Assembly: GCF_036321535.1 (NCBI RefSeq)
Contig: NC_087436.1
Location: forward strand, 49,974,001 to 50,038,000
Reading direction: 5' to 3'
Length of the DNA stretch: 64,000 bases
From: Camelus dromedarius
Lineage: Eukaryota
In this document: positions 49,835-63,169 of the stretch, in pieces
Position numbering within the stretch: the stretch's first letter is position 1
Layout: every line of letters starts with the position of its first letter
Position numbers and translations under genes: made by a program
Notes under the pieces: model-generated
Told to the model about the DNA's origin: nothing
The model's database searches: none
What the model saw: only the letters and a program-made list of their open reading frames with translations

Positions 49835-50185
49835 TGCTATGTTTTCTTCCCTTTTCGTCCATCTCTCTGCCCTTGGAGGCTGGTCAGAATAAATTGAATC
49901 AATGAACTTCCTTGCACTTTGGCTTCTATTGAGTTTGGCCAAAGGGGATCCTAGGTGGGGATCCAAGTAAGGAAGGAGAGTGAATTCAAGATGTGTGTCA
50001 CCTGGTTCCCTGAGTTTCTCAGGCTCCCTGAGTTTTGGTAACTGCTGCCTCTCCTCTTCAGATTTCTGTATGGTCTGTTCTGGTTTCCTTGCACCCTAGC
50101 TACACTCTTGTCATTAGACCTTTTATTAAACCCTTCTTGAATTCTCAGAATTTGATTGTGTCATCTTTCCATGCTGCAGCCACAA
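49835..50185 (+). mobile_element. ERVL-type LTR remnant (LTR33-like)
   Basis: cttccttgcactttggcttctattgagtttggccaaagggg...ccttttattaaacccttcttgaatt..tttgattgtgtcatct. Confidence 0.5.
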
Positions 50186-50924
50186 TAAATATTTAGTACA
50201 ATCATATTAAAGACCATGACATCATTCAAAAAACTAAGCAAGAAGCACTAATTCTATACAGAACACTTTCCAAGGTATATTGGTTTTGTTTTGTTTTGTT
50301 TTGTTTTCCCCAAGGTAAATTGTTAATGGGGAAAAAAGGCAAATGAGAAATGGTTTAATAGTATTACATAGTCATACCTAACTAAGTAAACATAATACTG
50401 CTTTGATGTAATAACTGGTAGGTTTTGTTGCTTCTGTTATTTTATGCTGTACTGGGATTCTTCCCTCGATAGTAGTTAGTAACTTCTATGTTTCTTCATT
50501 CATAACAACGTTTTTCTGAACAGAAGAGTCAATCCTGACTTTTGAATTTGAAAAGCCTGAGTTCCTACAGCACCTGTGACCAAAATAAGTCAGCCTTTCA
50601 CCATCCCCCTTCTACAAGAATATTCTAGGAACTAGGAAAGGATTGAAAGTTAGAATTTAGGTGGTGAAAGTTTCCTGAACTAGGGCTCTGTGGTTGCATC
50701 TTTTTCAAAACGGTATAATTACTAGCTATGTTCAGCCAGTCTTAGGATAGAAGTGGTCTTTAGCCATTTCCAGGGACGTTCCCAAAAGAAACAGAATCTT
50801 AATTGACTTCTACTCAGCAGAGTATGAAAATAAAGAAAATACCTTTCCAGGGAAAAACAGGGCTGAGACAGTTCTGAAGCGTCGTCTAGAGCCTCAGCAT
50901 AGGGTAGGAGCAACAGTGAGTTTC

Positions 50925-51560
50925 CCATCACTCATGTATTCATTTAAAGGACATTTATTAAAGGCCTTCCATACACCAGACACATTACTGAACACCTAGA
51001 ATACTGTAATGCATAAAATTACTTGCCTTCGTGGGGTTTATACTGCAGAGCTGGAAACAGATATTAAACACAGAAGAAAATAAAACATAGTATTAGTGAA
51101 AACTTCTAAGGGATGAGGTATTAGCTGTAGAAGAACAAATTTTTCGATAGGACAGCAATGTTGCTGCTCAGCGAAAAAGTGACTTTTGAAAGAAGGATTT
51201 AAGAATATCTGTGTGAGAAGCATTGTCAGCAGAAAAAAAAATAAAGAAACAATAAAAAGGCCTTACAGTGGAAGCACTGCTGGTGGGTCCACGGAACCAG
51301 GGAGAGACTAGTGTGTCTGGAGCAGCATAAGCAAGTCATGTGGGTAGAGAGATCAGACCACAAGGGCCTGTGGGTCATTGTAAGAAATGAAGCTGCAGTC
51401 TGGGTGAGGGGAGAAATCCGCTGGAAGAGTTTAAACAGAGGATTCACGTGACCGGACTCCTGCTTTAACAATCACGCTGACTGATGTGCAAAACAGACTG
51501 TAGGGAAAAGGAAGTTAGCAGTAGAACGGCTGAGGGATCACGGCATTTATTTAGGTGAGC
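50925..51560 (-). mobile_element. L2 LINE 3' portion
   Basis: catcactcatgtattcatttaaaggacatttatt...ggagagactagtgtgtctggagcag...cagaccacaagggcctgtgggtcattgtaag...aatcacgctgactg. Confidence 0.8.
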
Positions 51561-53447
51561 CGTGCACCCCAAACCAGAAGGGATATGACGTAGAGACTGG
51601 GTAGAAATGGAGAGAGCTTGGAGATGAAAAGAAGGGAAGGCACGGGAAAAACCTCAGTGACGTGAAGGTCAAAGACCTTCATGGATGGGAATCAGGACCC
51701 CGTGTGGATGCAGGCACGCTCAGATGACGGCACTGAGGTCCTCTCTTGATACCTTGATAACTCATCGGTCCCCCAGACCTGTGACACAAGCCCAGACAAA
51801 GGGGTAAGGATTGAAAACAAATGGAGACTAGGTTTCTAACTGGGACACCTTATACACTTCGGTCCAATTATAAAAAAAGAACAAGAGTTATTTTTCTTTT
51901 ACACCTAAATTTATGAATGGAGATTTATATCTGATATGTATGTATATTGGGGTGGGGGGTGTGTCTAAGACTTCAAAAGAAGTGTTCTGACTAAATTGTC
52001 AATCATGGTTACCTGAGGTTTAGACAGTGGAATTGTTCAGGGGATGAAAAGATCTGAAAAAGTTGGATACCGAAGAAGAGTTTTTATTTTTTTTACTAGA
52101 TTCTTAGAAGACTCATTCAAGACTTTTGTAATTGAAAAAGAAAAGTTAAAAAAATAACTATAGTTTTCCAGAATGTGTTGCAATGGTTCTGCTGTTTGAT
52201 TTACCTACTTTAAAAATCAGTGTTCTGGAGTGGATCTCATATACTCTGCAGATTTGAGTACCTTCCAAGTTACTTAGATATTTTTTAAACTAAATATGAT
52301 TCAAATTTTGCCCAGTTACATGTTTTTCTCATTAACTCTTATTGCCCTGAGCATCCTGTTCCTATTATAATTGTTGTCAATGACTGAGGTAAAGTAGCTA
52401 TTAAGAAATTCAACCCTCACCTTAACACATTCTGCTTTTTCTCCTGTTCCTGGAAAGTGGTGAGCCCACCGTTCCCACTGCGTGCTCCGACTTTGTAATC
52501 ACCTCTAATCTCTGACAAGCCTCCCTTTATACCCTTTGCTAATGGTAACCTGTTACAGCTTTGCTGTTTTATATGTCTCCTGGATGCCCTTACTAATTAT
52601 TTTTTCTCGGAGCATCATTTTTTTAAACTCACATTTATTCTCTCTAGACGATTGCCTTCCTTCTTTTATTCTGTTGCTTTTTTATCTGCTACTTAAGTAG
52701 AGAGGAAATTTTTTAAAAATTAAAAAGAAGACATTTCCCAAGGAGAAGCGTCTTTCTTCTTTGTTTCTTGGGTAATAAAATGTAGGTCTATTTGATTTTA
52801 TTGGAGGGGTAGGTTACCTGTCACGTGCACTGCCTTTCAAGTCAATAAGACATGCTTTCCTTGTTTTGTACCCAGCACCATCCTTGTGACTTAAAAAATC
52901 AATAAGAAATACTTATATAGTGGTCAGGGGAATGGCAATTTTGTTGTGAATGAAAAAAATAATAAATCCGTTGGAGTTGGGGGTATGGTTTTTTGAGCTG
53001 CTTGTAGGTTAGTGCAGTGTGAAGTTTGGATTCCCACTCAAAATGCATTCTGGGACCCTGCTATCTTTTAGGAGGAAGGAAAAAAAAAGGGGTAAAAAAA
53101 AGTGAACCTGGGAGATGCTGGTATATAAAGGGCATTCTATTATCTAGCCACAGGGTACAAAACCCAAGTAGGGTGTGAGGAATTGGAAGAATCCAAGCAA
53201 CTGACGTAGACTGAAAAAATGAGGGGGCTTGAAATTTTTCCTGTGTAACTGGTAATGTGTGTCATCTTATCCACATAAAATTTTCTGCCGGTTGTTATAT
53301 ATTTTTTTTTACCTCTTTATGATTACTTACTTTCATTTGAGAGCTTCTTAAATAGCTATGCTTCAATTTTGATAAATAATATTCAATAATTTGCAAATAA
53401 TGTAGAAGGCCAAGTAGGAAGGTACTTTTATGAAAGGGATATGTATG

Positions 53448-54302
53448 TTTTTTAATGGACGTTCATTTTTAGAGCAGTTTTAGGTTTATAGTAACCTGAA
53501 GGAAAGTACAAAGAATCCCCACATACTCCTGCCCCCGACCTGCACAGCCTCCTCCACCTCCATCATCTCACCCCACCCCACCCCACCAGAGTGGTACATT
53601 TGTTATAACTGATAAACCTACATTAACGCATCATTATGACACATAGTCCAGAGGTTACATTATGGTCCACTCTCGGTGTTGTACATTCTGTGTTTGAACA
53701 AATATTTAATGACATCTATCCATCATTATAGTATCCTACGGAATAATTCCACTGCCCTAAAACTCCTCTGTGCTCTGCCTGTTCTTCCATCCCGCCCCCC
53801 TTGGCAATCACTGATCTTATTACTGCATCCACAGTTTTGCCTTTTTTTCCAGGAAGTCTCATAGTTGGAATCACACAATAGTAGCCTTCTACTTTTTTTC
53901 ACAGGCTTTTTTACTTAGTAATATGTATTTAAGGTTCCTCCCTGTCTTCTTATGACTTGATAACTTATTTCATTTTAGCACTGAATTCCATTGTCTGAAT
54001 GTAGCAGTTTATTTATCCATTCACCTACTGAGGGACATCTTGATTGCTTTCAGGTTTTAGCAATTACAAGTGAAACTGTTATAAATATCCGTGTGCAGGT
54101 TTTCATGTGAACATAAGTTTTCAACGCATTTGGGTAAATACCACAAAGCGTGATTGCTGGATCATATGGTAGGACTATGTTTAGTTTTGCAAGAAACTGC
54201 CAAACTGTCTTTCAAAGTGGCTGTATCATTTTACACTCCCACCAGCAATGAATGAGAGTTCCTGTTGCTCCATATCCTTGCCAACATTTGGTATTGTCAG
54301 GA
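53448..54302 (-). mobile_element. L1MC1/2-like 3' end
   Basis: ttttagagcagttttaggttt...ccagagtggtacatttgtta...aaactgtctttcaaagtggctgtatcattttacactcccaccagcaatgaatgagagttcctgttgctcc. Confidence 0.88.
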
Positions 54303-54975
54303 TATTTTTACTACAGCTTCATAAAGTACATTTATTTTTCTTTCCTCCCTGTTTAGTGTTTCCCTCTGGTGAACAGACATTTATTTGCCCATGTGGAGAA
54401 GGGAAAGTGACAAGGACAGTGTGACCAGTGTCTATGATGGTGAAAAAGCAGTGGGTGAGATTAGCAATGTTCAATTAAAAAAATCTGAATATCTAAATCT
54501 GACTTAGTGAAAACACCCCTCCATGTCTTGTTTTAAATTCAACATCATGAACTTTAAGTGGACCCATGGTGCTACTGGACATCCCACAACAATTCTCAAA
54601 AGAAGGAAAGTCTATCATTCTCCTAGGTAAATATTTTACATATTCCCTCTCTCCTCAAACTCCCAACACTATTTCCTATAACTCTCAGTTAAGGACATTG
54701 CATCTCATTTTTCTGATTGCTTAGAAACAGTCAGGGGAGAAATTTTTCATTCTTTACTTATCAAGAGTAACACCAATCTTCATCTGAATGCATATACCTA
54801 AATTCCTGTCAGTTTTTTTTTTTTTTCTAGGTGAACTGACTATGCTTGTATATAAGGCCACATTCTCTTTTGGGCACTAGAGTCCTTTTCACATATTTAG
54901 GGATTTTACTTCTATATGTGTCCTCATTTTCTCCGTCCTGAATCATGAGTTTTTCCTATTCTGATAAATACAAGT

Positions 54976-55142
54976 AGTATGTATATGTGTGTGTATACAT
55001 ATATATTACAAGTATATATGTACACTTATATATGTATACATGTATATAATTCTTTATAAGTATTATTTACATATATATATAAAATATATATATATATATA
55101 TAAAAATATATATATATATATATAAAACATATATATATATAT
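54976..55142. repeat. (TA)n-rich low-complexity tract
   Basis: Imperfect TA/TG repeat read directly. Confidence 0.9.
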
Positions 55143-55249
55143 TAACCATCTTAAACAAAGCAAAAGAAAGCTCCTCAACCCCAGGTGCCATTTGAGCTAT
55201 ACAATGTTGAACCTAATGGTCAAAGTTCAGCCCTCTTTATGAGTAAACT

Positions 55250-56950
55250 ATGATCAACACTTGATACAATTAATCTCACTTTCTTGAAATACTCTCTTCA
55301 TTTGGTTTTCCTCTCACCTTCAGTCTCTTTTGCTGCTTATCTCATATCTATCAGGCCACTGAATATTTGAATTCCACAGATCTAGGATCTCTCCTCTTTG
55401 CAATAAATACTCACTTTTTTGATGGTCTCATCCATTCCCATGATTTGAAATTCCCTCTGCGTTATGAGAACTCCTGAATTTATATCTTCAGCTTGGAACT
55501 CTGATCAAAACTCTAGATTTGTATATGCACCTGCTTATTCTGTAGCTCCACATGGACATCTAATGGGCATCTCCAGCTTAACATGCCTAGAGATGAAATT
55601 TTTATTCTCTCCTTACTTATTTCAAACTGTTTCTCTCCTAGTTCCAACCATCTCATTAAATAGTCCCTCAATTTTTCAGATGCTCAAGGGAAAATTCTTG
55701 GAGTTACCTTTGGCTCATCCACTTTTCTCACACTCTTCATCCCACCTGTTAGACAACCTTATTGACAATTTTTGTAATGAGTCCTAAGCTTGACCACTTC
55801 TCACCACCTATCATCATCTGTCTAACAATAATAGCCAATATGTTTTGAACCCTTATGTGAGCCTGGCATTTGTCAAAATGTCGTATTATATGAGTTACCT
55901 CATTTAATTCTCACAACAAAACTATGAAGCACCTTTATCATCTGCATCATAGATGAGAAAATGAAGGCATAGAGACATTAAAATGCTTGATCTAAGTTAC
56001 ACAGACTGAAAGTGAAAGGGCCTGAGAGACCTTACTCTCCATTTTGAAAAGCATCTTAAATGGGAACTGTCCAAACCTGAGCTCTTACTTCCTACCTCCA
56101 AACCAAACTGCTTTTCCTACATCCTTCTGTATGCTGGTTATTAGAAATTCCAACCTTCCAGTAGTTCAGGCCATTACACTTGTAAACATCCTTAACTTTT
56201 TTTCTCTCCTTCATAAAATGCTTAATCTGTCAGCAAATCTTGTCAGTGTCCCTTCAAATTATGTCTTTATTGCTAAACCCATTCTGGTTCAAGTCAGACA
56301 GCTGCAGAGCTTTCATACAGCCTCAGTGTTTTACCATCCGTTCCTTTTAGTCTGTTCTCAGTAGAGCATCCTATGTAGTTCTTGAAAATGTAAGTCACAC
56401 CATTTGTCTCCCTTGCTTAAAATGTCCCAGTGGTTTTATCTCATTAAGAAAAATCATTAAAAGTTTAGCAACAGGAACAGAGCACTCCATTGTCTATGCC
56501 ATTCTAACCCTCTGATCCTATCTTTTCCCTCTCTGCCCCACTCAGTCTCTTCCAGCCACACTGGCATTCTGTATGTTCAGCAAACACTATCCTCCATGGT
56601 TGCTGTGACTTCTGCCTGAAATAATCTTCCCTTACATTTTTCTTTGGTTACCTCTTCACTACCATCATATCTCCACCAAGTCGTTGTCAGATTATCAGGG
56701 AGATTGTCCTGGACAACACTATCTAAAATAGGCTTCTACCCCAATCCCATCACTCTCTGTCCTCTTACTATCTTTGGTTGTTTTTTCCTTAACCTTTTTA
56801 TTTTTCGTCTTAACAATCATCACAACTTGTAAGCCATTATAGAATATAAACTCATAGAGCTATTATTTACTATTGAATATAAGATTATCCCCTGGCTTAT
56901 GGGTGTCATGCATTATGCATTTATTGAGTAATAAATACAATATTTGTTGA
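55250..56950 (+). mobile_element. L2 LINE fragments with nested MIR (~55825-56040)
   Basis: tttcttgaaatactctcttcatttgg; ctccacatggacatctaatgggcatctc; aaaatgtaagtcacaccat..cccttgcttaaaa; ccagccacactggc. MIR: gatgagaaaatgaaggcatagagacattaa. Confidence 0.75.
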
Positions 56951-57711
56951 AATATCTTCCCAGTCTCCTCCTTGAGTCTTCATTGTATATAAGAGTCCTT
57001 GCAATCTGGGAAAGGTTGCCCCTTCCTCTACTCACTCAAAAGAAGTTCTCTTTTCTAAAGAGGACCATCACTCACAATTGTTACAGTAACCATCTCTGGT
57101 GAAGATGGCTATTGGGATGGGCATCAGCCCAGTCTCTCACAATTCTTTCACCCACTAGAAGGCATTACAAGCAAAGGACAAAGCAAATGATATGGAGACC
57201 TGATGACCCAGATGCTATATGTGGGACTCAAAGAACTATGGCATATGAGTTCTTGTGATCATGTATTTTATTAGCATATTGCTAAGGATGCCTAAGAACC
57301 ACTTTCCTAGAAGAGCTTATATTTGGCATAAGCTACGTCATGAGAACTTCAATATTTGGACAGTTCATTGTTAGGCTGGAAGGAACACTGAAAAGTTCAA
57401 TGGACACAGGTAAGTAACCAGCTGGATGTGGGTATAGGAGATGGCTAGAAATGTTTGGCTCAAACCTAACCCATGTCCTCACAGATATCCAAATAGCTGA
57501 CTCTCTGGTAATGTCTCCAGGAGACACAGCCCTTACAGGACATAGTCATAGTATGTACTCATCACCTAGGATGTCAACAAAATGACTGAGAAGATGAAGA
57601 TGAATTCCAGAGGGAAATGACTCAGAAGCTACAAATCAGTTTAGAGTAGAGTGTCCTGGAGCAGCTGAAGAGTCCTGGGAAGTTTCTTTCTCTTGACTAA
57701 TCTCAATATCT

Positions 57712-58000
57712 TGTTTATTCATTCATTCAACAAATAATTATTGTTCATTCATTATGTGCCTGGCATTTTTTTCAGGCACTGGGAATAGGGAAAATAAAAT
57801 AAGAACAAAATCTTCTTATTTTATGAAATTTACTCTCTATTGGGAAGAAACGAACAATTAACCATGATTACTTGTTATTCTAGATGATGATAAATACTTA
57901 GAAATAAAACAAAGCAGAGGTAGAGGGATGGACATGGAAATGCATGAGGAAAGATCTCCTTACAGCTGAACTTTGAGTGGAAATTTTAAGGGAGGGCGGG
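57712..58000 (-). mobile_element. L2 3' end
   Basis: tttattcattcattcaacaaataattattg..tatgtgcctggca...aggcactgggaatag. Confidence 0.75.
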
Positions 58001-58369
58001 AGCCACGTAAGTAAATGAGTCCATACAGTTACCATGCGTAGCTCCAAGGCAGCTTAGGGTAATTTCTCACTGACTTGTAATTTTTCTATTTCTGTTCACA
58101 CAGCAACTTCCATATTGATATAGTTCATTAATGATAACAATATACCAAGAAAAAATGGCATTAGAAGTTTTACCTTTATTGCTCTTGAAAGCAAAATCGT
58201 GTGATTGCTTCATGTTGGAAATACTGGCTTCTGGAGACTCTTCAGATGCACAAAACCGTGATGTAAGTTAATATATCTATGGATCATTTTCTTTGTTAAA
58301 TTTCCATAAAATGAACTTCTAATCATTGTCAAGCTGAAGTGAGGCACTGTTTCACCACTGACATATGAC

Positions 58370-58930
58370 TGTGTTACCTGAATTCAGGGTATGTATTTTC
58401 AGTAATGCATCTGCTTATAAAATAAAAGTGAACATTTAGGGAATATATTAAAAACACTAAAGAAATTTGTTTCCATAAACAAACAGAGAGAAAGACTTCC
58501 AAAGGTTTAAATTACCTCATCAGGTCTGCTCACTAGTACTATCTCTTGACTTTGCTTTTCTATTTGGGGGCTCTATTCTCAAGCAGACTCTTTCTCATGA
58601 TGACAGAATAGTTGCCATCAGTTCTAGCCTTGATTCTACTTCTCAGCATCCTTAGTAAAACAAAAAGAAAATTCCTTCCCTGTTAATTCCAACAAATGTC
58701 TAAGAATTAAGTCTCAGGCTTGGATTGCTCTGGCTTAGATTTTCGTACCTGTCTCTGAAACTATTACCATGGTAAGGAGAGGCAACGCTTTAATTGGCTG
58801 GCAATATATGCACTTAAAATAAGATACATCAGACTTCCTGGACTGAGAATGAATTACTTTTGGTCCCAAGGGAAACCAGGTGCTTTTACCAGAAGGGGTA
58901 ATATATGCAAGTAAACAGATGCTCATGCAC
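58370..58930. mobile_element. MLT1-like LTR remnant
   Basis: ctctattctcaagcagactctttctcatgatgacagaatagttgccatcagttctagc...tctctgaaactattaccatgg...ttaattggctggc. Confidence 0.45.
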
Positions 58931-58989
58931 TTATCCTTAGTACATTATATACAGAACACTATTTCCCAGAATCTGAGGGGCCCAATAGA

Positions 58990-59051
58990 TCTCTGTCTCT
59001 GTCTCTCTCACACATACAAACACACACACACAGACACACACACACACACAC
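58990..59051. repeat. (CT)n(CA)n compound microsatellite
   Basis: Direct read. Confidence 0.85.
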
Positions 59052-59539
59052 CCCACTACCACCATGATACTAGCAACTCTTTACTATCTCTGCATTTATT
59101 TCTAGGAATGGAAACATATGATTACATGTCATCCAATTTAAGGGTGAGAATGGAAAAGCGAGAGAATTATCACTATGAGTTCCTTACAGTGAATATCTCA
59201 GCCCTCAAGCAGAAAAGGACCGACGGCCGTAAGTTTTGCTGGTTATAATTCTGCCTGAATTAAGAGCATATAGTGAGGAACTAAATGTTTTTATAATTAC
59301 TTTAATACCAAAAATTTAGGTAACGGAGATTTCACCTTGAATCATAGATCGATACTATGATACCCACCAGCTGATTTTAACCTTGGCTGTGTATGCCTCG
59401 CAGCAAACTGATGGTAAAAGTCTTCCCAAAGCATAGTTGTCCCCTTTCTTCAGCCTTTTCTTCTTCTCTTCTCCCATCGCCTTCACTCTTTAAACAATTT
59501 AATCATCAAGTCATACAGTGGGGCAGAGCAAGTTGGAGT

Positions 59540-60275
59540 GGCAGGTAGGAGGGAGAAGGTGCAGTAACCAGAAGAGAATCAGATCCCAAGCCATGTGCGG
59601 AAGGTGTCCACATGGGGAAGGAGGCAGAGGCCAACGTGGGGAATCGGTTACAGACAGGAAAATTGACCAAATAAATAAATATAAATGGGAATGAGCTATT
59701 TTTCACTATCAATGAAAGGTGAATAAACATCTAACGGTGGGAAAACAAAAACGAGCCCCATGGTATTAGATTGAAAATGGAAGTATTGGAATTTCCATGG
59801 TTTCGATGGGTGGATGGATGGGTAGATGGATACATGGATAGAAAGAATAGAGGTGGTTGTGTGTGCATTCATGTGTATGTGCATGTGTGTCTTTATTCCC
59901 ATTCATATTTATTTTTCCACTTCTGTCTGCTCAGAGGGCTTAGGAGCACACATATTGCCCACATATTGGCTTCAAAATATTCTTCTTTAAAAGGATTCAA
60001 AGATACTTGGAGACAGCTTATTTCAGATCTCGGGCAGAGAAGTGAAGATAAGTCTAGAGCATTTTATTGTGCTAAAAATTTAAGAAAATATTCTTATTTT
60101 AATGAATTTATTTCAGTTATGTAAGAGAAATGATTATGAGAATAAACCCGTAAGAAATTTTGAGTGATGAGGCATCAGATCAGAAACTTACTCTCAAATA
60201 GTTTGGGAGAAAAAAGCCTTTTGTACTGTACTTTCAAGTTTTTTGGTAAATCTATGTTTTAAAAATATCCAAGCC
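59540..60275 (+). mobile_element. L1MC/MD-like 3' UTR remnant
   Basis: ggttacagacaggaaaattgaccaaataaataaatat...gagccccatggtattagattg...actttactctcaaatagtttgggagaaaaaag..ttgtactgtactt. Confidence 0.6.
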
Positions 60276-60775
60276 AAAGAAAGCTAAAAATAGATATTGG
60301 AAGTAATCCAAGCTCTTTCCACTCCGAGGAATAACTGAGGCACTAGAGCTCCCCTGGCAGATACTCTCACAAAATTCCCATGAAAAAACTTTTTTTAATG
60401 GAAAAAGGAAAAGGAGGAAATATTTCAAGTGTAGCGTGTTACTTGAACCAATTCCCCTAGCCTCTTGGATCAACTGACTTTATAGTATAAGAAAGTAAAG
60501 ACTGTAAGTAAAAACTGAAAGAATAATTTTTCTGGGATTCTGAGAAATCAGCTGATGTCATTGGCTCTGTTTTTGGATCCCTCTACCTGATCTAAGCCAA
60601 CATGTGGGTGTTACCCTTGATTCTGCTCTCTCCTCCATATATTCAGCAACCATATCCTGTCATATCTTTCTCCTAATTTTTCTTCTGAATCCTTCTAGGT
60701 TTTCTATCCCTACTTTCCTCTCCTAGTGAAAGCTATCATCATATTTCTTTTGGGTTCTTGGATGCAATTCTGAAG

Positions 60776-61145
60776 TGTAGGGGGAGGGGTGGATGGCACT
60801 GCCCACAAAACACCCAGCAATTCGCGGATATCAGCTGGGTATCTTACAGTTCAACTCAGTTCTGACACTATCTGCACAGAGACAGCATCAAATTCCACTG
60901 GTTAAGGGTTCATCCCTACAAGACTGCCCTCCCCTTCACTTCAGACACCAGGTGCAATCCCAGATTATCACCTGTGCCTCTGACCAACTGGCTATAGATT
61001 GGCAGGTCCAACAATGCCCCTCCCCCCAACCTTGGACTTAAGATGCCAATCACAGGTCAAGGTGCTTGTGACTGACTAGCTACAGATCAGAGGTTCCCAC
61101 AACCTCCTCTTTGGGTTTGATGAATTTGCTAGAGAGGCTCACACA
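60776..61145. mobile_element. MER21-like LTR fragment
   Basis: cagctgggtatcttacagttcaactcagttctgacact...tacaagactgccc...ctgaccaactggctata...aatttgctagagaggctcaca, homologous to 62090-62340. Confidence 0.75.
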
Positions 61146-62034
61146 AAAGTCTTCTCCTGTCCCACAGTTTATTTACTGTTATAAGCTGCCTTAGTCTCAT
61201 TACCTCTCTCTTAAAACATGTAAATCCCTCTGAAGCATAAATTAAGACTAAGATGTTTACTTCAGTATTGCCTGAATTGTTCATCTCAGGGGCTTAATCA
61301 AAACTAATTGAATAAATATTAAAAGTTAATAAATTCAAGAAACAAAAATGACAATTATTTTTCTCTACCATAGACTACCACACAGCTTCAATGCCACAAG
61401 GGTCATTTTTGCTGGATCAGTGGTGTTGAGCAACATTCCAAAGTGCTGTGGCAGCTGGATGGCAAAGTATGGGATACAGTTAGTGTCCGGTGGGACACAA
61501 ACTCATGGCAGACCAGTGACCTCAACTGCAATCCCAGCAATGGGGAGATGAGTTGACCATGGAGCCACAGAAAGTAGGGGCATATCCGGCACATGCCATC
61601 CCAGACGGCGTGGGCAGTAGATCTGCCAGGGTGTGTGGACTTAATCCTGAGGAGATGTGCTCTGAATACGCAGTTCATCATTTGGAAGCGCTCTGGAAAG
61701 AACTGGAGTAGCTCTGAGTACGTCGAGGCAGAAAAAACTCTGCCTGAGTTATTACTTACAGTATGACTTCACGTGAGGGCAGGACAAAATTGAGTTACAT
61801 TTTCTCTGATTTTGGCGTTATAACCTGTGGGAGCCAATTTGAATTCTAGTCCCATTTGCCTTGCACTTAATGAAAAGGAAATCTCTCCCAGGTTCTGATA
61901 ATAGGTTGGCTGTTATTTCTAGTTCCTGGTTTTCAGGGTGATGTGTTTTTTAAACTTTTTTTTTTCTATCATTGCCATTTTAGGTGAAAGCTAGGTGAAA
62001 CTGCATTTGGCAAATTTAATGGTTATTGTTATTA

Positions 62035-63160
62035 ATGGCTATTTTACTCACAACACACCAAATGTGTGTGGGGTTTTTCACAGCACTTCTCCAGCTCTCT
62101 GACACCAACTGGGTGTTCAAGGATTCAATTCAATTCTGACACCAACTACCTGGAATTAGCATCAGATCCCACAGGTTACGGGCTGGTCCCACAAGACTGC
62201 CCCCACTTTGGACCTCAATCAAAAGTCCCAGGCCTCCTGTACTTTTGACCTAATGGCTATAAGTCCTATAAGTCAAGGATTCCCACAATTATTGATTCCT
62301 CCTCCGGTTCAGTAATTTGCTAGAATGGCTCACAGAACTCACTTACTGTTACCAGTTTATTTTAAAGGACACAACTCAGGAACAGCCCAATGGGAAGGAT
62401 GCAAAGTATAAGGTATGCCAAGGTTGGGGACTGAGGATGGAGCGGGTGAGAAGTGTCCATGTCCTTGACGGCACCATTCTCCCAGCACCTCAATGTGCCC
62501 ACTAACCCAGAAGCTCTCTGAACCAGTCGTTTAGGAGTTTTTATAGATTTCTTTGTGATCTTATGATTTATGATTTTTTATATGATTATGTAGGCATGAC
62601 TGATTGAATCATTGGCCATCGATGATTGACTCAATATCCAGGGATGTGGAGAGAAGGGAGTGCTCTTTGGGTTACAGCCTCAGCTAAGTGTGACCCCAAA
62701 AACCAATGCGAGCTCTGTCTCCAGCAGAATACATTTGGCAGATGGAGGAAACATCTGAGAATAAGAGTATGGCTGTTACAGGGATTGTGTAAACCTACTG
62801 CTTTATCTTTTCCTGCCAGGTGTTATATATATGGTGATTTATGTTTTAATGTATTGGAAACTTTCCATTTTATTTAAGAAATCTGTTCCATGTTAAAAAC
62901 CTTGATTAAAGAGGGGGTTTTCATAATCTAAAATCATATTGAGGATATTGTGGATAGCTGAAAATTCAACCTTCCAATCATGTCTTGGTCTTTCCGGTGA
63001 CCAGCCCTCACCCTGAAGCTCTCTAGGGGTCCTTAGTCCCCGTTAACCCATTAGCATACAAAAGACTCTCTTATCACTCCAGAGATTCCGAGGGTTTTAG
63101 GATCTGCATGCCAAGGAACTAGGAACAAAGATAAAATATATATTTCCTATTATGTTACAA
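62035..63160. mobile_element. MER21-like LTR, interrupted at ~62642-62956
   Basis: caccaactgggtg..aattcaattctgacacc...cacaagactgccccc...aatttgctagaatggctcacagaactc...gctgaaaattcaacc...ggaacaaagataaaatatatatttc. Confidence 0.78.
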
Positions 63161-63169
63161 CACACATAT

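Noticed and set aside
57270..57415. LLRMPKNHFPRRAY peptide (RTE-like LINE C-terminus) and a strong CAG|gtaagt donor
   Set aside because: Too short to assign without a profile search, and no matching acceptor with an open frame.
60776..63160. Two MER21-like LTRs as the paired ends of one provirus
   Set aside because: The copies differ in structure (the first has an internal duplication and is truncated) and no shared TSD was seen; independent insertions are more likely.
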